Origin: Vulcanimicrobiota bacterium
GTDB taxonomy: Bacteria; Vulcanimicrobiota; Xenobia; Xenobiales; JADMJV01
Reading direction: 5' to 3'
DNA length: 64,000 bases
Assembly: GCA_050250895.1 (NCBI GenBank)
Contig: JBFWNU010000004.1
Coordinates: forward strand, 32,001 to 96,000
In this document: piece by piece, positions 51,739 through 59,953 of the stretch
How the letters are laid out: every line of letters begins with the position of its first letter
How positions within the stretch are numbered: the first letter of the stretch is position 1
Translations under genes and position numbers: made by a program
The notes under the pieces: generated by a model
What the model was told of the DNA's origin: nothing
What the model saw: only the letters and a program-made list of their open reading frames with translations
The model's database searches: none

Positions 51739-51752
51739 TTGATGCTCGTCAG
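51739..51752 (-). promoter_or_regulatory. FNR/Crp-type box (TTGAT-GCTC-GTCAG)
   Basis: 22 nt from a TAAAGT -10 (51716-51711) upstream of the CBS gene. Confidence 0.62.
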
Positions 51753-51757
51753 GACGC

Positions 51758-52936
51758 TCAACTCTCGAGGGTGTCCCAACTCGAACCGCGCTCCACTCTG
51801 ACGGTGGGGATGCGGGTCGGTCCAAAGACGTTCCAGCCCTCGCGCTCGCGGAAGGCAAACGGTTGTAAAGGCTGGTGCTCGATGGCGCACTTGATGTTTT
51901 CGACGGCCTGGCCGGCCTGTTGCACGGCCGCGAATCGATCGGGTGGAACGGCTTTGCCCCCGGCCTGGGCCAGGGCTGCATCCCCGACCACAAAGACCTC
52001 GGGATGGTCGGGCAAATTGAGCTGGTCAGTGACCTCGACTCTCCCCATCCGGTCGGTCTTTCCCAGGTCTTGCAACAAGGCTGGAGCCTCGACACCGGCC
52101 CCCCAGAGGATCTCGGTGGCCTGCAAGACCTCGCCCGTCGCTAACCGCACCTGGCCGGGGCCGACCTCGGTGACGCGCTGGTTGAGGCACAGTTCGATGC
52201 CTTTGCGCTCGAGCGCGTCGGTCACTTGCCGGCTGACCTCTTCGGGGATGCCACTGAGGATACGCTCTCGGGAATGCACGAGCTTGATGGAGAGCGAGTC
52301 GAGCAGAGCCGGGTCCACCTGCTGGACTACTTCGTGGACCACCCCGGCCAGTTCGACCCCGGTCGCCCCCCCGCCGATGACCACAAAACGCAAGCAGTCT
52401 CGGCGCGCCTCGCCCTCCAGCCCGAGGGCCTGGTGAGCATGGGCTTGGACCGTCTGGCGCAAGCGGAAGGCATCTTCCGAGACATTCATGGTCAGCATGT
52501 GGTCGGCCCACTCGGGGTGACCGAAGAAGGCCGGCTTGGAACCCAGCGCCACTACCAGATAGTCATAAGGCAAAGAGCTGCCATCGGCCAGATGGACCTG
52601 GTGGGCCTGGGCGTCCACCTGGTTGACCTCGGCCTGGCGAAAGCTCGCGCCCGTCTCCTCGAGCAACTCGGCCAGGGGAGCCTCGCTGCGTCGCTGGGCC
52701 ACCTCATTGCCCACAGCCACCTGCCACAGCATCAACTTGCGGGTTTGGCTGGGACGTTGATCGACCAGCGTGACCGAGGCAGGAACCTCGGCGAGGCCGC
52801 GGGCAGCCGCCATGCCCGCGTAGCCCCCGCCCAAAATGACCACTCTGGGTTCAAAGCGGTCGACCGGCTCCTCACTTGCCTTCTGGGCGACGTGGGAACG
52901 TGTTGTAAAGCTGGCGAGACCGATGGGCTTGAGCAT
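51758..52936 (-). CDS. type II NADH dehydrogenase-like FAD oxidoreductase
   Basis: VVILGGGYAG, YDYLVVALGS, VIGGGATGVELAG and VFVVGD. Confidence 0.9.
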   Translation of the reverse strand: MLKPIGLASFTTRSHVAQKASEEPVDRFEPRVVILGGGYAGMAAARGLAEVPASVTLVDQRPSQTRKLMLWQVAVGNEVAQRRSEAPLAELLEETGASFRQAEVNQVDAQAHQVHLADGSSLPYDYLVVALGSKPAFFGHPEWADHMLTMNVSEDAFRLRQTVQAHAHQALGLEGEARRDCLRFVVIGGGATGVELAGVVHEVVQQVDPALLDSLSIKLVHSRERILSGIPEEVSRQVTDALERKGIELCLNQRVTEVGPGQVRLATGEVLQATEILWGAGVEAPALLQDLGKTDRMGRVEVTDQLNLPDHPEVFVVGDAALAQAGGKAVPPDRFAAVQQAGQAVENIKCAIEHQPLQPFAFREREGWNVFGPTRIPTVRVERGSSWDTLES

Positions 52937-53041
52937 GTCCAGAGTCTAGCCCGCCCGCCTTGGAAAAACCTTGGCCGGAGGAGAGAGTGGCTGGAGGTGG
53001 CGATCACTCGAAGCCCGAATATTCAGGCGTTTGGGGGTGCA

Positions 53042-53956
53042 ATGAGAACTATCTTCGCCTTGATTCTAATGCTGGGCATGGCTGCCTGGGCCCAGGGGCC
53101 CGACTGCGTCTGCCCGCCCGGAGGGTCCACCATGACCCCTACCGGCGTCTCCGCCCCGCCCTCTCTGGGCACGGGCCACTTCGATGGAAGCCAATCCGGC
53201 AACTCCTCCTCGGGCAACGAGGACCCGGTCGGGCGTTTTAGCGACTGGGCCAACGACCATCCCGACCTGGCGGGACTGGCCGACCAGGCGAGTAAAGACC
53301 CCGCCCTGGCCGGGGTGCTCGACCAGTTGACCCCGGGCGAACTGACCAACCTCGGCAACCTGCTGAGTTCGTACCAGAATGGCATCAACAATTACGTCAG
53401 CCAGAACCCTCGCACCTGGGACGATGCCCCTGGCGCGATGCGAAACCTGCTCAACAGTCTGGCCGGGGATCCCTTTACCCGGGGTTGTGACGACATGACC
53501 GCCCAGACGATTTCGGTCCTCGGTCCTCAGACCGGCGGGACCAATCCTTTCACGGTCCATCGATATCGTTGGGAGCCGGGTGCTGGGCGCCAGTTCGGGG
53601 TCTATTTCGGAGCCCCCATCGGAGGGGTCGTCGTGGTCCAAATGGCCGGCGCCGGCACCGTCATGGGTGGTCCCCTGGGAACCGCCGTGGGCGCCACCGG
53701 AGGCCTGATCGTCGCCCTGGGCACGCGCAACACCGAACACAACATGGCGGCCCTTCGCTCGACCCGCAATCCCGACCTGGTAATCGTGCTGGATCCGCAT
53801 GCCGCCCAGAACGGCAACCCCGAATCCGTCCATGGTCCCGATCATTACAACGGCGCTTTCAGCCAGCCGGCCCTGGGACCAGCCGAAGTGCCCGCTAGCC
53901 TGCCGGCGGCTGCCCAACCCAGCCGCAACATCCAGAAGGGAACCATGTCTCGATGA
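53042..53956 (+). CDS. secreted protein with glycine zipper and putative Cys-His-Asp triad
   Basis: Signal peptide from ATG 53042; GCDDM, EHNMA and VIVLDPH; the track ORF upstream of 53042 is antisense shadow. Confidence 0.7.
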   Translation: MRTIFALILMLGMAAWAQGPDCVCPPGGSTMTPTGVSAPPSLGTGHFDGSQSGNSSSGNEDPVGRFSDWANDHPDLAGLADQASKDPALAGVLDQLTPGELTNLGNLLSSYQNGINNYVSQNPRTWDDAPGAMRNLLNSLAGDPFTRGCDDMTAQTISVLGPQTGGTNPFTVHRYRWEPGAGRQFGVYFGAPIGGVVVVQMAGAGTVMGGPLGTAVGATGGLIVALGTRNTEHNMAALRSTRNPDLVIVLDPHAAQNGNPESVHGPDHYNGAFSQPALGPAEVPASLPAAAQPSRNIQKGTMSR

Positions 53957-54738
53957 GGTTGAGGCTGCTGCTGGGCCTATTGCTCTGTTCGGCGAGCCTG
54001 GCCGCGGGCGGAGTGCAGTTGCGCTACAAGCCCGAGCCCCAGTCGAGTTGGCGAACCTCGGGCAGCCTGGCCGTCAAGAACTCGGTTCAGTTTCCCGACG
54101 GAACCCAGAGCAATTCCAACGAAGAATACGACCTCGAGTGGCAGGATGATATCCTGACCCGCGACCTGACCGGCCTGGTCACCCAACGCCGCCAGGTTCA
54201 CCGTTGGACAACCCGGGCCCAACAGAACAATATTGTTCCTTCCGGCCCCATCGAGTTTCAGATCAGCAAGCTAGCCCAACAGCAGGTCTCTGGTAGCGAT
54301 AAGGGCAGCGTGGCCAGTTCATTCAATCAACCCGCCCTGTTTCCGCTGACCCCGGTGGCCGTCGGTCAGACCTGGCCGGTCGAGGACACCACCCATTCGG
54401 TGTTAGTGGTGGGCAGCGAACCGCTGCCCATCTGGACCCGAGTGTGGGGGACGGGCACTCTGGTGGCCGTGGCTGACGGCCAGGCCCAACTGGAATTCGC
54501 CCTCCAGAGCGAGGCCCTCGGCCCCCGCGATGCGGCGGGCCAACCTCAAGCGGCGAGCTGGGCCAGCACCGAAGCCAGGGCAACCATCCGCTGGACCATG
54601 CAGGTCGATCTGGCTACCGGCGTGGCCACTCGCCAGCAGACCGACACCAAGCTCGAGCAGACCGTCATGCTGGGTCCTGACAAGGTCGTGAGCCAAACCG
54701 AATCGACCCTTCAGCTGTCGACCACCCCGGGGTCTTAG
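53953..54738 (+). CDS. secreted beta-rich hypothetical protein
   Basis: Signal peptide; FPLTPVAVGQTW; ATGA coupling. Confidence 0.78.
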   Translation: MRLRLLLGLLLCSASLAAGGVQLRYKPEPQSSWRTSGSLAVKNSVQFPDGTQSNSNEEYDLEWQDDILTRDLTGLVTQRRQVHRWTTRAQQNNIVPSGPIEFQISKLAQQQVSGSDKGSVASSFNQPALFPLTPVAVGQTWPVEDTTHSVLVVGSEPLPIWTRVWGTGTLVAVADGQAQLEFALQSEALGPRDAAGQPQAASWASTEARATIRWTMQVDLATGVATRQQTDTKLEQTVMLGPDKVVSQTESTLQLSTTPGS

Positions 54739-55598
54739 GCATCTGGGCTCGGGATGCTATCGGCCTTCAGGCGACGCATGCCGCGATAGAGAAAGACCAG
54801 CCCTTCGAGCAGCGTGTCGGCCTGGCTGACTCCTACTGTGGCCGGCTCGACGTAGGGCATAGCCTGTTGGGTCAAAAACACCGCTTTCAAGCGCGGTCCC
54901 GCGCCTTTGACCGTGGCTGTCCGCAAACGAGCCGGCGGGTTGCCCAGGAAATTGTTGATGGTCGACAAGTCAGGATAGGCACGAGGCGAGGCTTTCAACT
55001 CGACCGTGAGCCGCTCGGCCACTTTCCGCTTGATCTTCGAGCCCTTGCGCTTGTATTTCGTCTTCTTCTTGATGAGCTGGTCGATCCCGATGGAGAAGGC
55101 CGTTCCGTCCAAAAAGCGGCCCTGGAGCTTTAACCAGGGCTGGCTGAAGCTGCCCGTGTTCACATCGCCTGTCTGCAGGAACGAACTGGTATCGGTGGCT
55201 CGGAAGTCGACCACCAGGTCCAGTTCTTTGCCGGTGGGCAGGTCGACCGACAGGTGCTTGAGCACGGCCTGGACCAAGGCTAACCGCTGATCGTCGAGGT
55301 CATGCTCCGAAGCTTGCTTGAAGATTCGAAAGCCACCGATGAGGGCAGCCAGGACCAGCGCGCTGACCAGGATCCCTCCAGCCGTGGCGCCGTTGAATTG
55401 CAGGCTGAAAAGCGCAACGAACGAGCCGATCACCAGCGGCCACAGAAAGAACAGGGCCAGGCATCCGCAGCCAAGCAGGCCTCCTCCCAGCCACTTCTTC
55501 TTCTCGGCCTCCTTGTCGGAACGGGCCGCTTCGGCGAAAAAGGAGAGCAGATGCTCGGGAGTACCTTTGAGTTCATGGCGGTCGACTTTCACCCCCAT
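54735..55598 (-). CDS. two-TM membrane protein, hypothetical
   Basis: Two hydrophobic helices and a basic C-terminal domain; start uncertain. Confidence 0.75.
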   Translation of the reverse strand: MGVKVDRHELKGTPEHLLSFFAEAARSDKEAEKKKWLGGGLLGCGCLALFFLWPLVIGSFVALFSLQFNGATAGGILVSALVLAALIGGFRIFKQASEHDLDDQRLALVQAVLKHLSVDLPTGKELDLVVDFRATDTSSFLQTGDVNTGSFSQPWLKLQGRFLDGTAFSIGIDQLIKKKTKYKRKGSKIKRKVAERLTVELKASPRAYPDLSTINNFLGNPPARLRTATVKGAGPRLKAVFLTQQAMPYVEPATVGVSQADTLLEGLVFLYRGMRRLKADSIPSPDA

Positions 55599-55649
55599 GT
55601 TTTTGCCAGTGCCAAGCGGCGCCCTTCTCATCCATGCTATCATCTGAAG

Positions 55650-55945
55650 ATGCGCGACAATCCCATCGGCGCTTTGTTGGAGCTACGCCAACGCCGACAG
55701 TCGGCCATCACCACGAGAGCCCGGCTCTTCGCAACGCTCAGCAGAAATACGGAGAGTTTGCTCTCGGCTTGACCGGCTGCGTATTTGGCCTGCTGCCGGC
55801 GGGACTCCTCGACATCGTCGACATCTGGCGCTACGGTCCCGGCTATCTGGTTCCTCCCTCCCTGGCTCAGGCTGGGGCGGGACTGGCTGGGGGCCTGGCG
55901 GTGGCTGGCTTTTTCTGGTGGCGCCGTCAATCCAACCCGTCGTAG
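55650..55945 (+). pseudogene. possible frameshifted small membrane protein gene
   Basis: TG-n-TATCAT 6 nt before ATG 55650 (MRDNPIGALL), but the two TM helices lie in another frame after about 55745. Confidence 0.4.
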
Positions 55946-56490
55946 AGTTCGGACAGAGGCAGCTCACAGCCGATCTCGGGCAGCGGCAAGACCCCATCGA
56001 GGCCCGTGACTTGCTCGCGGGTAAAACCATCCTCACCACGGCGCCAAAGCGAAACCACCGGGTTGCCCTGCTCCACCAACACGTAGGCTGTCAGGCCCCG
56101 AATGCCGAGATAGGCATCTCTCTTCTCGCCCTCGTCGACTCGTCGGGTGCTCTCTGAAAGCACCTCGAACACGACCCGAGGGGCATCCTGGAAAGAATCG
56201 GTGGGCGGGTTGCGAGCCCAGATGACCGATAGGTCGGGGTAGTAGAAGCGAACTTCCCCGGCCAGCTGGATGCGAATCTTGGTGTCGGAATTAAAGACGC
56301 GGCAGGGGCCGCCCCTGAGCCGGCTACCCAGGGCCACGATGGCGTTGGTGGCCAACTGGTTGTGGGCGTTACTACCTCCGGCCATCTGGTAGAGCACCCC
56401 GGCCAGATACTCGCTCTTGACTGACGCGGTGGACTCGAGCGATAGATACTCCTCGACGGTCAATAAGCGCTTTTGGTGGGCCAGACTCAC
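55927..56490 (-). CDS. Uma2-family endonuclease-fold protein
   Basis: LTVEEYL..MAGGSNAH..YYPD..FEVLSEST..GEKRDAY. Confidence 0.92.
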   Translation of the reverse strand: MSLAHQKRLLTVEEYLSLESTASVKSEYLAGVLYQMAGGSNAHNQLATNAIVALGSRLRGGPCRVFNSDTKIRIQLAGEVRFYYPDLSVIWARNPPTDSFQDAPRVVFEVLSESTRRVDEGEKRDAYLGIRGLTAYVLVEQGNPVVSLWRRGEDGFTREQVTGLDGVLPLPEIGCELPLSELYDGLD

Positions 56491-56618
56491 CTCCACAGTC
56501 TAACTCACCGTCGGCGCGGCCGACCAGTGGTGTGCTCGTTCACAATGTGAAGGCCCGCACAGATCGAGACCGTCGCGTTGCCTATAGTAGAAAAATCCCA
56601 GACAGCGAGGTCACTCAC

Positions 56619-57914
56619 TTGAAGATCATTTTCGTCTCCCCCACCAGCGTCGTGTTCGACCAAACCCCCCACTACTATCAGGCCAGCTTCTCGGCCACCG
56701 CCCAATATCTGCGCGACCGCTTTGCCGACGCCGAAGTCGTCATCGAATCGTCAGGCTTTCACGGCTCGGCCGAACGCAACGTCATCCGCCACTTCGTGGG
56801 CCGCTCCCAGCCGGAATTCTTGATCTTCTGGAGCCGGCCGTGGGAGGCAAAAAATGCGCGCGACCTGGCCGTCACCGTGCGCAAGATGGCCAAAAAGACG
56901 GGGATTTTCGTCTGGGGAGACGCCTGCAACTTCATTCCGCACTACTTCGAGCGCGAGCCGTTCGACCTGGTGGTGCGCGGCGGTGACCCCGAGCAAGTGC
57001 TGGGGGACGCTATCCAGGCCTGGAAGGATGGCCGAGCCCCTGAGCACGGAGTTTCCTATCGTGATGGTTGCTCTTGGAAAGAGACCGCTACGGGTAAAAC
57101 CCTGGCGCCGGAAGAGTGGCCCTTTCCGGCGGAAGACGCTCTCGATCCTACCGTCTATCAGGTCACCCGGGTTCAGCGCGGCCTGTCTACCGATGACTTG
57201 AGTTTCACCGTCTCGCGAGGCTGCCCCATCAACTGCGCCAAGTGGTGCCCTACTCCGCGCAAGGAGGGCCTCATCGACCGCCGGCGCCCGGTGCGAGCCA
57301 CGGTCGAATATATGCAGCGCGGAGCCGATCCCTTCGAGATGTTCCAGATGCACTCGCCCCTGTTTAGCCAGAACCGCCAGTGGATCGACGAGTTCATCGC
57401 GCTCAAAGGCGAGCTTTGCCCCGAGGCCAGCTTCAAGGTGGTCGACCTGATGAACCCCTATGCCGACGAGGACCTGGTGGCTCGATTGGCCGGCGTCGGC
57501 CTCAAGAATGTGGGCTTCGGAGTCGAGACTCTGGCCGCCGACACCCACCGCGCCTTGATTCCCAAAGTTGACGTCAACCTGTTGGGCAAGGTGGCCGCCA
57601 ACTTCAAGCGCTACAAGATCTCGAGCAAAGCCTATATTCAGCTGGGACTGCCCGGGCAAAAGCGCGAGGATATCCTGTATACCCTGGGCTATTTGCGCGA
57701 CCTCGGCTTCAAGGTGCGTCCCACCGGTTCCACACCCTTTTGGCGGCTGGCTCGGATGAGTGTAGAAGAACTCGACGCCACCGACCTCTCTTGCTGGGAC
57801 CGCAAGAGCTACTATGAGCCGCGCAGCGGCCTGAGCTATCGCGAATTCTACCAGTTGATTACGGCTCCCACGAGCTTTGAACCCGACGAGGAGGTATCCG
57901 CATGGGCCGCATGA
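56619..57914 (+). CDS. B12-binding-domain radical SAM protein (CX3CX3C)
   Basis: TTG start after GAGG (MKIIFVSP); FDLVVRGG; SRGCPINCAKWC; VGFGVET; GLPGQ. Confidence 0.88.
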   Translation: MKIIFVSPTSVVFDQTPHYYQASFSATAQYLRDRFADAEVVIESSGFHGSAERNVIRHFVGRSQPEFLIFWSRPWEAKNARDLAVTVRKMAKKTGIFVWGDACNFIPHYFEREPFDLVVRGGDPEQVLGDAIQAWKDGRAPEHGVSYRDGCSWKETATGKTLAPEEWPFPAEDALDPTVYQVTRVQRGLSTDDLSFTVSRGCPINCAKWCPTPRKEGLIDRRRPVRATVEYMQRGADPFEMFQMHSPLFSQNRQWIDEFIALKGELCPEASFKVVDLMNPYADEDLVARLAGVGLKNVGFGVETLAADTHRALIPKVDVNLLGKVAANFKRYKISSKAYIQLGLPGQKREDILYTLGYLRDLGFKVRPTGSTPFWRLARMSVEELDATDLSCWDRKSYYEPRSGLSYREFYQLITAPTSFEPDEEVSAWAA

Positions 57915-58525
57915 TTTTAGTCGAAGGCCTGGATCTGGCCGGAAAGTCGACTCTTTGCCAGGGCCTCAAGGGCCATTTCGAGCGCACGGGCTGGAAGGTG
58001 CGCAGCGCCAACGGCGAGTTGTGCCCCGACAACCCCACCGCTCGGGTGGCTCGCGAAATGGTGCGCTGGGATCCCGGCTTCACCGGCCCCGAGGCGGGCG
58101 GGTTGTTCATGGCCGCTCACCTGTGGGACGCCCGTCATTTCAAGCCGCCCGGCGCGGGTGAAGTGCACATCCAGGACTCATGCTGGCTGCGCAGCCTGGC
58201 TTTCGAGCGGGTCATCGGCTCGCCGGAGCTGGCCACCCTGATGGAATCCCAGTCGCGATCCTTTCCCGTGTTTGACGCCGCCATCGTCTTGACCGCCAGC
58301 CTCGAGACCCGGCGTGCGCGCCTGGCTCAGCGAGCCAACAACGACCTGCACGACCTGTTCGCCTTCAAGAACCCCGACAAGTTCTTCCGCATCGAACTCG
58401 AACTAGCTGAGCTGGCCTGGCGCAAGGCCGGAGCGCTGGTGCTGGCCACCGATGATCTTGACCCCGACCAGGTGCTGGCCCAGGCGCTCGTCCACATCGA
58501 GCGGGGCCAACGCAAAGCCGGCTAG
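57902..58525 (+). CDS. thymidylate-kinase-like P-loop protein
   Basis: ILVEGLDLAGKSTL, DSCWLRSLAF and LTASLETRRARLAQR; overlaps the radical SAM stop. Confidence 0.85.
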   Translation: MGRMILVEGLDLAGKSTLCQGLKGHFERTGWKVRSANGELCPDNPTARVAREMVRWDPGFTGPEAGGLFMAAHLWDARHFKPPGAGEVHIQDSCWLRSLAFERVIGSPELATLMESQSRSFPVFDAAIVLTASLETRRARLAQRANNDLHDLFAFKNPDKFFRIELELAELAWRKAGALVLATDDLDPDQVLAQALVHIERGQRKAG

Positions 58526-59346
58526 GCGCGGACGAAGGTGGCGATGCGGTGAGCCACCTCGGGGGCGTTGAGGATGCGCCGGTGACCCCAGCCGCTGGTG
58601 GCCAAGAAATCGGCCCCCAGCGCCTGGGCCTGTTGCTCGGCGGGGGCAAAGGGAACCTCTTTGTCCTGAGTATCGTGGACGATCAGGGTGCGCACCCGGG
58701 CAGCCTGGAGATAGTCGGCGGTGGTGTGCTCGACCACCGGTCGTCCCGATAGCTTCTCGATGCGACGATAGATGAAGTCCATACTGGGCTGGGGTGCGTC
58801 GAGTTTGGCCTGGGCGTCGCCCAGCACCCAGTCGAGCCGCTGGGGGCCGCCGATCATGACCAGGCCCTGCAGTTCGTCGAGGCAGCCGGCGGCGTGAGCC
58901 GAGGTGAGGGCGCCAAACGAGTGTCCCACCAGGGTATGGATCGGTCCCAGCTCGCGCGCCAGTTTGCGCAGGGCTGACGAGCACTCGAGCAGGTTGGTGC
59001 GGCTGAACGGCTTCTGATGACCAGGTCCGTCAAAAGCGATCACTTCCAGGCCAGCCCCGTGAAGAACCTCGGCCATGCGGGCGAAGCTGCAGGCTTTGCC
59101 GCCCCAACCGTGCATCAACAGCACGCGGGGGCCCTGGTTGGGCCAGCGATAGACGTCGAGAAGACGCTCTCCGAAGGCGAGCTGGTGGCGGCGCGCCTGG
59201 TCGAGCACTCGCTGCTGCTCGCTCGTGGCCTGGGCCAGCGGATAAGGCGTGCAAAAAAGCGTCCAGGCGATTTTCCCCCCTAGCGCGGGGGCGATACGGG
59301 ATACGAGTCGAAGGCCTTGACCGAGAAGCGTCACGACAACCTCCAA
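58522..59346 (-). CDS. alpha/beta hydrolase
   Basis: MHGWGG, GHSFG, HDTQDKEVP and GHRRIL. Confidence 0.92.
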   Translation of the reverse strand: MEVVVTLLGQGLRLVSRIAPALGGKIAWTLFCTPYPLAQATSEQQRVLDQARRHQLAFGERLLDVYRWPNQGPRVLLMHGWGGKACSFARMAEVLHGAGLEVIAFDGPGHQKPFSRTNLLECSSALRKLARELGPIHTLVGHSFGALTSAHAAGCLDELQGLVMIGGPQRLDWVLGDAQAKLDAPQPSMDFIYRRIEKLSGRPVVEHTTADYLQAARVRTLIVHDTQDKEVPFAPAEQQAQALGADFLATSGWGHRRILNAPEVAHRIATFVRA

Positions 59347-59352
59347 GAACTA

Positions 59353-59366
59353 GTTAACATGTTAAC
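59353..59366. promoter_or_regulatory. candidate MarR operator GTTAACATGTTAAC
   Basis: Perfect 14-bp palindrome between the divergent hydrolase and MarR genes. Confidence 0.7.
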
Positions 59367-59390
59367 CATTTTAGAAGATCAGGCCTGGGA

Positions 59391-59819
59391 ATGCAAGACA
59401 AGCTGAAGATCTGGCTGCAGGTCGCCCGAGCCTACCAGAAGACGGGCCGGCGACTTTCTGAACGCTTGCGTGAACTCGACCTGTCCGGGGCGCAGCTCGA
59501 CGTGCTGGCCAATCTATCGCGTCATCCCCAGGGGATGAACCAGACCGAACTGGGAGGCAAGCTCTTGTCGACCAAGGCCAACGTGACCGGCCTGGTCGAA
59601 CGGCTGGTCAGCCGGGGACTGGTGCAAAGGCAACCCGACCCCAACGACGCCCGCTCGAAAACCGTCTCTTTGACCCCAGCGGGAGAGGAGTTGGCGGCCC
59701 GGGCCGGGGCACTGCACGCTCGCTTCGTAGATGACATGTTGGCCGGGCTCAGCGGCGAAGACCTGGCCAGGCTGCAAGCGATCATGACCCGGGTCGAGAG
59801 CGAACTGGATAGGATGTGA
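59391..59819 (+). CDS. MarR-family regulator
   Basis: QLDVL..NVTGLVERLVSRGLV..DAR..LTPAG. Confidence 0.94.
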   Translation: MQDKLKIWLQVARAYQKTGRRLSERLRELDLSGAQLDVLANLSRHPQGMNQTELGGKLLSTKANVTGLVERLVSRGLVQRQPDPNDARSKTVSLTPAGEELAARAGALHARFVDDMLAGLSGEDLARLQAIMTRVESELDRM

Positions 59820-59953
59820 GGATGCGGACGTCGATGGTCGATGACGGCCAGCGCCAAACGTTCACCGAACTGCTGGAATACGAGATACCCTAATTCTAAA
59901 GAAATCTTAAGCCGCAGGGAGTTGTTCGCCAGGGTGCAGAACTGGCCCCCTGA

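Noticed and set aside
52226-53041. Apparent 576-aa fusion ORF
   Set aside because: The first 272 codons are antisense to the NDH-2-like gene; the signal peptide starts at 53042
55927-56490. Uma2 gene as part of a defence system with the radical SAM pair
   Set aside because: Divergently oriented, and Uma2 genes are often scattered multicopy; adjacency alone is not evidence
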